A stretch of DNA of 61,837 nucleotides from Chara braunii (GCA_003427395.1 BFEA01000018.1:2942905-3004741); one strand, 5' to 3'. Shown: positions 38,401 through 50,369, numbered from the stretch's first letter. A program made the numbers and translations. The notes: generated by a model from the sequence alone, not told the origin.

Positions 38401-41300
38401 TACTGAAAAGTTGAGAAGCAAGGCGGCGACGTGTTTTCGTTTCCGCTGACATTTCTGTACGCTCCTCTGCCAACTTTTCTCGCTCACAGCGTGCATCGAA
38501 CACAGCCAAGCGCAGTGCGACTTTGCAGTCAATTTTATGTTGGTCTTTGGTAGCATATCTGCAACAATAGCAGATACGGTCTGTCGCCTCTGCGCCACCG
38601 AATAGAGGTTGTATGTCGTGGTTGCATTTAAATCCAGCGAGCATAACATCATTGTAAGCGTTAATATATTCGGCGCCGAGGCCCCGCCGGAGTTCCACTC
38701 CGGAATCGTGTAAAACTGTCCGTTCGCAATGCGTCCGAGGGAACAGATAGTGACAGACTTCTGCGTTTTTGGTCATACGGGTATTCTTGAAACACGACCC
38801 AGTGTGAGCCCAGTGGTGTGTTTGGACAAGGAAAAGAATCAATGGCAGTGCCGACCAAAAAGAAAGCAAGCTCAGTGGCAGCGCAAGCATTCTGTTGCTT
38901 GTTGCGTGTGTGTGGAACGGATCGTCTGTGAGTTTAGGGTACGAAGCTGGAGCAGCGTTCTGCCAACGAATGTCGTCATAGGCGGGAGATGGAGTAGCTT
39001 CCAGGATGCTCTGGCGCTGCATCTGGTGCGAACTAATTAAAGCATGACAGTGTGCACATTCGGCGCTCGGCGGTTCGACCAATAACTGTGGTTTGCCTTT
39101 CCGGAATGGCGAGCACCGGGCTGACTGCGGGAGCGTATGCATTTTGTAAGTCGGCGCCGGTGCATGGCAGTGTGCACAAGGCAGCCGAGAAACATCTTGG
39201 GATGCAGATGCAAAAACAATGTTGTCCACGTATTCCGTAACGCGATCAGCGAGCGACGCATCTGCTTCCAGCAAATTATCGAAATCACGAGTTGTGGGCG
39301 GCGTGTTTTCAAGCCAGACGAGGCAGTGCAAATGCAATGTGCCGCGGCCCTGCGTTTCCACCGTTCCAAAATATGCCCGCACGGGCCCGAAGAGTCCGCC
39401 CCCGGGTACACTTTGCTGAGTCGTGCGGTCGAATCCCAACACTTTGTTAAAAAATATGGACATCAGCCGATCAAAAAGCCGCGCCGAAGCAATATTGTCG
39501 GCCATGGATAAACGCTTGAGATCTTCTGTCTCGACGTAAGGGTTATCGATCAACACCGCGCAGAATGCTTCCACGTCGAGAAGACCAACGTACGATGCAA
39601 GCGCGAACGAGGTGTCAGTGTTCGGGGTCAACGTATCGAAAATCGTCGGCTGACCGAAACGGTCGCAGGTGGCGAATGCTTCTTGACGGCGTGCACGTCG
39701 CTCTGCGTTGCTGCCCCAAACATACGCTGAAGCGCATTCAACATGACGAAGCAGATCTGTGACCGCCGGATCCGTATCGGGCGTTTTTAAGCCGGCTGTT
39801 CGTCGACGGGTGTTTTCCAAACCTCTGCTCAGCATTTCGGTCGTGACTCCGGCGATATATTGATGCAAATGGGGTTGCATTCTGCACGTGAGGTGCGAGA
39901 ACATGTATCCACGATTTAGCGGAAGATGGTCGAAGGCGGCCATGCAATAATACAGATCCTGCTCAAAGCGCCTGGAGCTCAGCAGACAATAATGCCTCGC
40001 GCAGAGCTGGCGCAAAGTGGTGACTCTTCGTCCTTCTTCGCCGGGATGCCCGCGTCCATATGGGAACAGATGCGGGAACATTTTGGCTTCTAGCGTCGGC
40101 TTAAAAAGGTTGGCGAATTTTGACGAAGTGTGGAGCATGAAAACCGGGTCGTTGGCTCGTCCAGCCTTCAAGAGTTCGACCACACGCTGTTCGACAATCG
40201 GATCCAGTGGCGCAGTGGCGTGCGAAAAAATCACAGACTTTTCAATGTAAGTTGTCTTGGTGGTTGTGCCCGGAGGGGCGTTAAGACCATCCTGTTCATG
40301 GCCCAACAACTTTGCATCGGCGTGATCATTCGACAGGTCTCGGATGACAAGCGTCGGCACAAACGCGGGATCATCGCGCGGAATGCTGTCAAGAACTTCG
40401 TCATCATGTTTTACATCAGAGTAAAGGACATTAAACGTCGTGTAAAAGTTGAGCAGGTTTTCCACCATCGAATGTCTGACGCGATGTAGCTTCTTAATAC
40501 GTGCCACCTGACCATCTGTAAACGGTCCTGCCAAGATAATGCGATAGAACGTATCTTTTGTTATCGACCTGGGAAGCAAAGTGGCTGTCGGCCCGGGCAC
40601 CAAGTCGAAAACGAGCAGATGGGAAAGTATCGAACGATGCCACCCACCGCGCATCACTCTCGTCTGGGCGAGGATATTTGTCAGGCTTGTCATAAGAAGC
40701 TCTGCCCAGGTCGCGCTCTGCAAAGCGGGAGGCAGCGCGCCGACAAAAAAATGATTGGCGATTGCGAATTTCGGGAGGCGAGGCCGGCAGCGTGAACAAA
40801 AAAGCGGTTGCTCGCAGGCGTCGCATATGTTGAAATGGACACTGCCGTCGGCGAGCTGCACAATGCCATTTCGCGACAACATGATGCCCAAGAAAACCGG
40901 AGACAAATCTTCGCAGCTATAATGCTGCACAAGATCTGGATATAACGATGAATCAGGATTATATAAAACTGCACGCATACGGTCGATGATGTCTGTCTCA
41001 GAAGACGGATGGATATTGACTTCAGTGCATAACACCAGTTCGTCACACACACAGCATACGAACTCCTCAAGCTTAACGGGACTGAGTTTGTCAACCAGAC
41101 GGCCGACGATCGTGTTTTTCAACGCTGGCGAGATGACAGAGGGGAACGGCGGACGCAAGGAATAACGTGCTTCTCGATCCTGGGCTAGTCGCTGTAAACA
41201 TGAATATATCACAGCTTCCGCAAAACGGCCAGTGACGATTGTCGGGGTTGATGGCTCGGGGTTCGAGACGCCACAGGAGAGGTCGCGTATGCAGAGTGGG
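35483..41300 (-). pseudogene. Helitron-like Rep-helicase: CxxC pairs + DUF6570-like region + HUH Rep + PIF1-family SF1B helicase
   Basis: One reading frame through ORFs 37811-41212, 37403-37795, 35747-37162 and 35483-35713. Rep motifs PTIFDTLTPN, ETQGRGTLHLHCL, YCCRYATK; helicase motifs GEGGTDKS, LLIIDEFNM, GDFFQLPPV, LTETVRF, YRIQGETL, *IIVSRV. In-frame stops at 37811, 37403, 37199 and 35747. Confidence 0.93.
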
Positions 41301-42585
41301 GAAACCGCCTGCAGAGAGATGCGTGCCGGCGGGGGCAGGGGGGGGCCGTTTCATGCGGGCCAATTGTTTGAGCCTGACAAGCTTCACAAAGGCAGTGCCG
41401 CAGAGGGGGGGCATTTCATGCGGGCCAACTGTTTGAGTCTGATAGGCTTCACAAGCGAAGGCAGTGTCGCGGGGCTCACCTGAGAGCCGAAACAAGAAAC
41501 GGGGGGCGCAAGCAACGTCGTGCCCGTACCTGTGAGAGGGCGTTGCGTATTGCGTTTTCTTTCCCGCGCATGCAGCGTCTCGCTGCAGGCGCTCGCGGCG
41601 AACGGTCTCAGTTTCGTTTAATTTCCGTGTCCGTGTCGCGACCCGTTTTTTGCATAGACGCTCTTCTCGCTGCCCTGCAGTCTCCGCGTGCGTCCGCTAC
41701 GTATTTCCCCTACCGCACAGTGTGGTACGAATGAGATGGAATAAGCGGTCCACCGCATGGTGCGGGCGGGCAAAAAGCGGTAGCATGTTTACGTAGAGCC
41801 AATAGCAAAGCGACGGAAAGATGTGAGAGTTGCGAAGAGAGAAGTAGAGGGAGAAGGAAAACACTAGAGGGAGAAAGCCAGGAAGCAAAAAAGGCAAAAG
41901 AATGAATCGCGGGTTTACAATCGTGGAAGGAAAAGACAAAAGGGGCCGCAAATACGTCGCTGCCTGCTTCAGGGTCCTGAGCTGGTTTGAGAGGAGGGTC
42001 AAGGAGAGTGAAGGAACGAGCCCGGGGAAGTTTTTTTTCGGGTTTTTGAGTGCGTTTCTTTGTTTGCCAAACATTTTCCAAGACGTGTCAACAAGCTGAG
42101 AGACCACGATCTGTGTTTATGTCTGAGTATATGTATGTATGCCTATCAGACGAGACCAGACAAACACATGAGGAAGGAGAATATGTGCGTTTGCATGTAT
42201 ACGTATATCTTTCTTCGGAGTCAAAATACCAGGATAAGTAGACTGAACACGCCCCGCCGCTACATTACCTGTAGACAAGCGTCGACCGCACCTGCGAGCA
42301 AAATCACAAAGAAACAGCCATGCACAATTATAAACATCATTAGGCGCGGGAGGGAAAATGTGAATACATGTTGTAATGAACCGAACGCAAACGCAGGCAT
42401 ACTTAAATGTCACACAGCAAACCGCTTCTTCCTATAACAGATGGCCGGATAATCGGCAACGGGAACGGAGAGGGGCTGGGGAAGGGGGGGGAGGGGGGGA
42501 AGGGGGGAAGTGAAGAGGGGGGGGGGGCGAGCAAGGAGGGGCTCGGCGGAGAAGCGAACGCACCCTGCGACGGACATCGGTAGCC

Positions 42586-43230
42586 TCATGCGTACGCAGC
42601 GCCGTGTGGAGGCTGAACTGGCAGCAGCGGAAAAGACGCGATGGACGATGTGAAAAGCTCATCATGGAGATGACGTCTGTACGTCGGAATATCCAAGTAT
42701 GAAAAAGCGTCAGCATGCGACGATGTTGGCGAAGCCAGCAAAAAACGCAGCATCACGAGCATGAACACGCCGCAGTCATTGTGATTATACTGGATCGGCC
42801 CATCTATATAAACGACCTGCATGGAGAGGGGTGATTGCGGGATCGTGGTCTCTGTTTGTAGCCATGCAAGCAAATCACGGAAAACGGACAGATGCTGGTT
42901 ACCGTAGCTATCGTAAATGCAAAGGGTCGAATCTTTGACGACAAAACATGCCAGCGCCCAATGGCTGTTGTTCAGATGCAATGGAAAGAACCAGCGCCCG
43001 AAGTAGCAAAATGGTTGGCCAGCGGCGCGCGGAACAAGCAAATCATGTGCGAAGCGGTAATCCCGGCAAGCAATCACGAAGCTGTATGTATAGCATGATG
43101 CGAAAAACACGTCGGGGAACAGGGGCATAAGAAGTTTCGTGTATGTATCAATGTAGATATCATTCAACCAATTCTGGCCATGCAATGCACTGAAAGCGCA
43201 CTGCGAATGGCGAACAACGTAGTCTGACAT
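42586..43230 (-). CDS. second Ulp1/SENP-like C48 cysteine protease
   Basis: WLNDIYID...WFFPLHLNNSHWAL...IYDSYG...PIQYNHNDCGVFML; catalytic residues intact. Confidence 0.92.
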   Translation of the reverse strand: MSDYVVRHSQCAFSALHGQNWLNDIYIDTYTKLLMPLFPDVFFASCYTYSFVIACRDYRFAHDLLVPRAAGQPFCYFGRWFFPLHLNNSHWALACFVVKDSTLCIYDSYGNQHLSVFRDLLAWLQTETTIPQSPLSMQVVYIDGPIQYNHNDCGVFMLVMLRFLLASPTSSHADAFSYLDIPTYRRHLHDELFTSSIASFPLLPVQPPHGAAYA

Positions 43231-44322
43231 CGCGATCTGTGTTGCTCATCGCGCCTGCGGCGAACGTTCTGCATCAAACATAGCAGACGGCCGTATATAA
43301 GAATCGCTACAGACAGCAACTGACACGCTGCATTCTCCACGCCCGGCGAAACAGATAAACACATTGGGTAAACGAAATGTGAAAGTGGGTGGAAAAAAGC
43401 ATTCCCCTATAACGGATAACAAAACGGGCATGACTGTTTTAGACGCAGAGCAGGAAAAAACACCGGCTGGAAGCGATCGTCGATGGATGGCTTTTCGCTG
43501 ATAGAATTTCGGATATAAGCCACCGCCAGGGGGACTGAAGGAGTGCAGCACAAACAACAATGGCCAGAGCAACAATGAAGAGACCGAACAAAACAAAAGC
43601 CCGAAGCGAAGCCGGAGGACGTACCTTCGCCGAGGCACGCCGACTAAGGCAAACTATAGCGCGGAATTGGCCGGAGCAGTTTGTGAAGCAGAATAAACTG
43701 CACGATAAACAACAAAGATATGAGCGCAAATATGACGTAGTCAAGAAGTCTACACATCGACGGGCGTCGACACTGCCGAGGCGTTTTCGGAGCAGTGCGC
43801 GCCGGCTGAATCGGCGCCTCCACGGGGCGCTTTGGAAGCACATATGTTTACGGCGACGCCTGCGGGATAAGCATAAGTGGGTGCACAGGCTGTATCGGCG
43901 TCGGTCGCAAAGGCTCTGATGAGGACGAAGATTCAGTCCGCTGGCGATGTTTATGCTTCCTCGAAGTCAGAGGCACGTTGTGTTTCTCTGACAGTCACCG
44001 CTTTTGCGCTTTTTCCATTGCGGGGAAAAAGGGGGGTTCTTCCCGGTCACCCGAGCCGGGTATTTGCCATGCACACACATAACCAATAAACATACACGCA
44101 CACACACACACACCTCGTCATTTCCAGCGCGTGCGCCATAGCAACTTCGAATTTCGAAATTGAACTCCCGATGGCGAGCCGGCATAGCAAAGCAAGCGGA
44201 CGTCGCGAAGGCTGACAGCGCAATGCCCCACCATTCAAATAGCATTTTCTTCATTACCATGTTGTTTTCCCCTCTTAGCTCACCGCATGTCGATTATAGG
44301 ATCGGAGCTGCCAGCGCCCGGA

Positions 44323-44637
44323 TCGCAAGCTTCATCCTGGCCATGGTTAGATCACCCGGGTTCAGGCCCATAGACAGTGACATTAGCCCTAAAAAGACTT
44401 GCTTTCGCTATGGCTCCGGTGGATAATTTCCCTTAACCAAGCCATTGCCTATGAGTCGCCGGCTCATTCTTCAACAAGCACGCAGTCAAAGATACAATTC
44501 TCCTCCCACTGCTTGAAGGCCTACGGTTTCATGTTCTCTTTCACTCCCCTATGGGGGTTCTTTTCACCTTTCCCTCACGATACTTTTTCGCTATCGGTTA
44601 CCCAGGAGTATTTAGCCTTACGAGGTGGTCCTCGCTG
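44323..44637 (-). rRNA. rrn23: plastid-type 23S rRNA fragment (nuclear plastid DNA insertion), not a functional gene
   Basis: CATGGTTAGATCACCCGGGTTC...GAGTCGCCGGCTCATTCTTCAAC...GGGGTTCTTTTCACCTTTCCCTCACG...GAGTATTTAGCCTTACGAGGTGGTCC is the reverse complement of conserved 23S domain I/II sequence, chloroplast style. Confidence 0.9.
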
Positions 44638-44888
44638 GTGGGGCCCCTGTCTGCCAACTGCCCCCCGCCGATATGGCCATCTGCTCGACGAACTTTTTTC
44701 CCTTCGGCCACTGCTAAACACTAAACGGGAGAGATTGTAGGTTCCAGCACAAATGATTAACAACTAGACACTTGTGACATCTCCTAATGTTTCCAGGAGG
44801 CGGAAAAAGAAAGAAGCAGAAAACGAAAAGAAAAGAAGAAAAGAGAAACGGAAGCGCAACAGAACATCTGAAACTTGCAACAACTTTT

Positions 44889-45299
44889 TCAACTCTGCAC
44901 CCCATTTAGGCAAGAGACGCCAGAAAGCACGGACAAAACGGCACCGTGAGAGAGCACAACAACACTCACGTGGGCAACGTTACAGCACGGCGGAGTCCTC
45001 CTGCTGAAGCCGTACAATGCCGACAAAGCTGAGCCGAGCGCCAGTCGACGAGGCGTACCACACGTCGCATCTTTCGAGAAAAAAGATATGTATCGCATTC
45101 GGACGAACGTCGAATCGCATAACAAACATTCTCCGATGGCATCTCTGATGCGACATATCTGGGCTTCGATGTCTTCCCAGTGCCGGTAATCGCGGTTCCT
45201 TTCATGGGGCACCACTTGCATCCTGTTATCTAGGACTGTCAGCGTTATCAGTCTCTCACCATCTTCGGACAGATACCTCGTGGTGTAGGTTGCAATCAC
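44889..45299 (-). CDS. ORF of unknown function in the Helitron cargo
   Basis: 136 aa, ordinary composition, co-oriented with neighbours; no motif recognised. Confidence 0.3.
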   Translation of the reverse strand: MIATYTTRYLSEDGERLITLTVLDNRMQVVPHERNRDYRHWEDIEAQICRIRDAIGECLLCDSTFVRMRYISFFSKDATCGTPRRLALGSALSALYGFSRRTPPCCNVAHVSVVVLSHGAVLSVLSGVSCLNGVQS

Positions 45300-45469
45300 G
45301 GCAGCAGCCTGTGTGATTTCTTGTCAGAATACCCCATGCCCGGTCTGCAAACATTGTCTTGCGCGGTCTCGTACTGCTGTGTCCGCCTCACGTTGGATGG
45401 CGATCCATTCAGCAGAGTGTTGTGCGTGGCGTGCACAAACAAGGATAGAACGCCGACAGACGCCGGAAA

Positions 45470-45906
45470 AGTTTCAGCCAGGTCCTTGGCGACGCCGAGA
45501 CGTGCGTGAAATCCAGTGTGCGCATGGCGGGGCCTATTTCCTGTGGGCAATATACTTGCTAGGGTCTCAACTGAACACGGGGCAATACGATAACACGTCC
45601 CCATTCCAGCATGGTCGCAAAGCGACAATCGTTCGCCCACAGACAGTCCGATAAAGTAGCAGCCCAGTCGTCCTCAGACCAGGTGTGCAAAGGGTCAGCG
45701 CGCCAAGGCACAACAGTCAGCCACTGATCCGTTTCAAAATCTGTTCGTGTGGCGCCCACAATCTCTGTTGACTCTTTCGACCCTTGGAGGGCAACCGCTC
45801 GTGGTTTCAATGGAAATGCGGCAGCGGACTGTTTATCCATTTCCGAGACGCGGGCAAAGTTTGCCAGGTAATATTGCATCGTACGCTGGCATACACAAGG
45901 CAACAA
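45470..45906 (-). pseudogene. unknown Trp-rich family Y, copy 1
   Basis: LTVVPWRADPLHTWSEDDWAATLSDCLWANDCRFATMLEWGRVIVLPRVQLRP*QVYCP; similarity to copy 2 continues past the stop. Confidence 0.55.
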
Positions 45907-46079
45907 TGGTCAAAACAAGTCAAAGACTGCAACACCACCCGAATTTTCCCAAGTCTGTTACACTACACCCCATTGTCAACATAAAGCTCCTCATACATGC
46001 TTCTCTCCGTGTGTTATGCATTCCCCCCTCACCCTTCTTCTTCTGTCATTTTTCGCCCAGCTTCCCAATTTCTATTCGG

Positions 46080-46530
46080 TTCAGCCAGGTCCCTGGCGAC
46101 GCTAAGAAGCGAGTGAATTCCAGCGTGCGCATAGCAGTGCCTATTTATCGCGGGCAGTATACTCTGCGGAGTCTCAACTTACAACGCGGCAATACGATAA
46201 CATGTTCCCATTTCAGCATGGTCGCAAAGCGATAATCGTTTGCCCACGGACAGTCCGACAGAACAGCAGCCCAATCGTCTTCAGACCAGGTGTCCAAAGG
46301 GCGAGATCGCCAAGGCACAACAGTCAACACCGGACCGGGGAGGGTCCACCGGGCACACTTCGGAGTGTTCCAAGGTAGGGTAGGGATATAAGTTGCACCA
46401 GCCAGTGCGAGGTTCATCCGCCCCCAGGTAAGCTACGGGAAAGGCGACAGAATGCATCCGTGGACGTTGGCTTGCCTTGGTTAGGTACTCTTGCTGGGTC
46501 AGCTCCCAGAGTCGGTATGAGGCCACTGCC
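46080..46530 (-). pseudogene. unknown Trp-rich family Y, copy 2
   Basis: LTVVPWRSRPLDTWSEDDWAAVLSDCPWANDYRFATMLKWEHVIVLPRCKLRLRRVYCPR*IGTAMR; offset about 600 bp from copy 1. Confidence 0.55.
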
Positions 46531-48780
46531 AAAAGCTTCTATATGGAAACGTTCGCGAGTTTTCGCTTCCACTACAGTTGTGGATTGGCTCAAGCCTGGT
46601 AATTATCGTTGCTGCCCGGCCCGCATGGAGCCATCTTCTTTTTCTTATGTTGTCAGAGTTTTGAATCGTGCGCAGAACAATGCAAAAGGAACCTTGCCCG
46701 CTTCGACTTCGACAAGCATTCTGCGAACAACAACGAGGCCCACAGGCGCACGATTTGCTGCGTTGCACCGACTAGTGTGAGGCCCATTCGGCCTTGGGCC
46801 AGTTGCAGGGAGGGCAGCAGGATCTGTCCGTGGACGCCGGTTTGCCTCGGCCAGGCATTCTTGCTGGGCGGGCGCTAGGTTTCCACCAGAAGTCTCTGTA
46901 TGACAACGTCTGTGCGCTTTCACTTCTACTAGAGTTGTGGATTGGCGCTTTCTCTATCTCCCTCTCTCTCTCTTTCTCTTTCTTTCGTTTTTTTACTGTT
47001 TGTGTGTGTGCGTGCGTTTCTATTAGTATATGTGTATGTGTGTGTGTGTATCTGCACATGCGTAGAAGCATACACTCTCTGATCCATTTATGCATTATTG
47101 CTTACACACACATGCAACTGCCTTTTCCCTTTGTCGCCACATCCATCAAGCAGTCCGCCGGTCTCAGATAGCCGGTTTCTTGTCACACCTGTGCACCGGT
47201 GTGTGTGTTCACCTGTTTTTATCTGGAATACAGGTATAACAGGTTTGCAAGAACCGGAACCCACTTTAAACATAGCGATACTCACGCACTGTTGATTGCA
47301 GCACCGTCAGACGTTTAGACCCCAAAGCGCTCGCTCTTGTATCTCCACGCTATAATGGCAGCATGACACGAACCAGGTCAACAGATACGCAATAACGGTG
47401 ATTAATATCGCCACTGACTAGACACATATATTAACAAACATTCCCATCGCAAATTGCAAGCTTCCAACGCGCGATCGATCCCTGAAAGTGTTTCCATGGC
47501 ATTGATGGTGGGGGGAAGGAAAACAGAACAGTGCACGCCAACATAACGACGTACTGCAGCGTAAGCTCTTTTCAATGTCGTTCCACAGCGTAGGCTCTTC
47601 TTCCCTACATGCTCGATTCTTTTGGTATTTGTCTATCGCGCTGCTCACATGGCCCGTCTCACTGAAGCACTCGAACACGATTCAAGCTCCGGTTCTCCTC
47701 ACATACATCTTCCCTCGCGCTCTCACTCACAAATCTACCGCCCGGCCGACAGCACATAATCGAATAACCACCCGATTTGTGCAATGTCAGGGCACCACAA
47801 CAGTCTTGTGCCCGTCAGATTTAATCAATCATGAACTACCAAAAGAAACTCCACAAACGACAGGCAGAACCTACGAGAACCAAAGAGCAATCAGATCAGA
47901 TCTGCAACAAACAGGTAAACTTATCAAATCCAAGAAGAAGGGTAAGTAAGGGTTCGTAACAACCGGAGCGGACAACATGAGACTGAGTGTCAAATGAGGC
48001 TAAGCATCAAGCAGGAGCAGCATCAGGAACTAATGAGAATTGGATAAATTCTTTTAGTACGAGTATGGGAAAAGAAGAATAAGAAGAAAAAGAAGAGGTC
48101 TTACTTACATCATTCGCCGCTGGTTTCCGCTTGTAGTACGCTAGAACCTTGGAATCGAGGACAAAGTATCTCTTACGCAAATATCTACGGCCAAGACTGT
48201 GGCGACCAAACGTGAACAGTTGCGGGAGAAAAGGAAAAGAACGAACAAGAAAGAGATTTCATACTATGCGCTATGTTTGTTGTGTTCGAGGTCACTTCAG
48301 ACCATAGTTTATGGTATGTTGTGTTTGCGGCCGGCTACAGTACGTACTATGTGCGATATGCGATGCGACCCATTTTCCAGTTGTACACGCAGGAAACAAA
48401 AAAGAAGCTGCTTTCATCAATGGGTCGAATAAACGCAAAATGTTTAACTATAATGTGAGAATAAACACTGACCTTTTCCCCTTTCTTTTTCTTTCTCTCT
48501 TTCTCTCTTTCTCTCGCTCTCTCTTTCTCCCTTTCTCTCGTTCTTTCTCTCTCTTTATACATATATATATATATATGTTATGCTATCCGGTGCCATATTA
48601 TGCTGCTAATAGTTCGCATGGCGTATCAAGTGCGCAGAACTCTGATTCCGGATGGTCTGTCGACAATTCAAAGACCGTGCCAGCTACGCCCCCCCGGCAG
48701 TCTGTATGCCTTGTTGGCAACACCATGCCAGAGAGTTGCACGTCAACGGAACATATCGATGCAGTCACCCGTTCATCCAT

Positions 48781-48858
<78 letters not shown>

Positions 48859-48859
48859 N

Positions 48860-48934
<75 letters not shown>
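48781..48934. repeat. (TC)n microsatellite
   Basis: Direct reading. Confidence 0.95.
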
Positions 48935-48937
<3 letters not shown>

Positions 48938-49256
48938 ATAAACACATAGCCTGCGAACGAAAACAAACATACATAGCCGCCGAGCATACATATTGCGACA
49001 TGCATACACAATTATTATATGGAGAGCAACAAAGCAAAGACAGACAATACACACTAATTCGTCTTCAATGAATTTCAGCGATCAACGGTTGTCAGCACAC
49101 CAACCGAAACATTGTCCAGCCATGAATAAAGGAATGGGTATAAGCTAACAAAGGTCGGAAAAAATCAAAGAAGCAGCCTGATGTATACACGTAAATGACC
49201 AGGCAAAAATAGCACCCCAAAAAACAAGGACACCCTACTGTACAAAAACCGGAAAC

Positions 49257-49727
49257 TCATCTTACGTTTTCAGTGCGAGCCGTTGCATCGGACAAAGACG
49301 GTCTCTCTTGAACGGCGTGTTTGAACACGATGTATGAGCATATGCCGAAAGTCCACATCAAACAAGACTGCAGAGGGACGCCAACTAATCTATGGTTTCT
49401 GGTCTGGAAAAAAGTCACATGATCGCCCGGCTCAGGAACTGCACGGTGACGAGGGTAATCACGAATGACCGCTCTCCGGACAAACGGTGTAAGGCGCTCA
49501 GATAACGGACAGCGGTCGGCGAAGAAGCGGTGGAAATCAGACACCAGGAAAGACAAAGCTTCATCAACGAGATATAGATCGACGGCAAGAGAGTTTTCGA
49601 TAGCGCAAACGAGTGGGCCGACAACATAACCACGCTCTATGACGTTTTGATGGGCGTGGGGGGGACATCTGGTGATGTAATTTTCCAAGGCTTTTGTTGT
49701 CCTGTGCAGAATACATACATAAGGCAT
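49257..49727 (-). pseudogene. family X, paralogue C (putative OB fold), 1-bp frameshift near the 3' end
   Basis: [53 protein letters not shown]; diverges from copy D after QSC because of one missing A at about 49360. Confidence 0.6.
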
Positions 49728-50369
49728 CGTGTATAGACAGAACAACGGAAACTTCCGGGTGTAATGGTGTTCACAATACACCAGCACAACAAGGGACAAA
49801 ACGAAGAAAGCAGACGTCAAACGAGGGTCGGTTTGTCCCGAACGCCATGTATACAACAACTACCCCCCCCCCCCTCCCCCCTCCGTCGGACCATTTTGTT
49901 TCGAGCATTTGTAGAAGAACAAAAGAAGGCCAGTAAACCATATAGTAAACACACATACAGGACACATGCTCTTTTCTTTCTTCATTACTCCCCCCCCCTT
50001 TGGAAAAAAGCCACAAGGAGTTTATGGCAACACCAGCCGGCCCAATCCCTCCCGACAATCACCATATTCCCTTGACAAAAACAGCAATTGTTTTATGAAA
50101 TCTGATATCCACGCATTTTCGCAACAGTTGCGAGTTTTCTAACGCCGCCTCACCCCGGTACGTGTACAGATTGCTCCGCCGCTGCCCCGACCCATTCGTC
50201 TACCGTATCTATATCATCATTGCTCCGAAATTCCCACCCCTGACGTCAGCCACTCGGGAAAAGCTTAATTCACAGCAGCTACTCAATCTCCGCGCACTCC
50301 ACATGCCCCGCAGTTGCCCCCTCGTTAGTCATCTATTATGAATCCCTTGCAAAGACGAGGATCAGGTAC

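Noticed and set aside
43560-43919. Basic 119-aa ORF as a possible Fanzor/TnpB
   Set aside because: No RuvC D-E-D motifs or zinc finger, too short, and opposite to the cargo strand.
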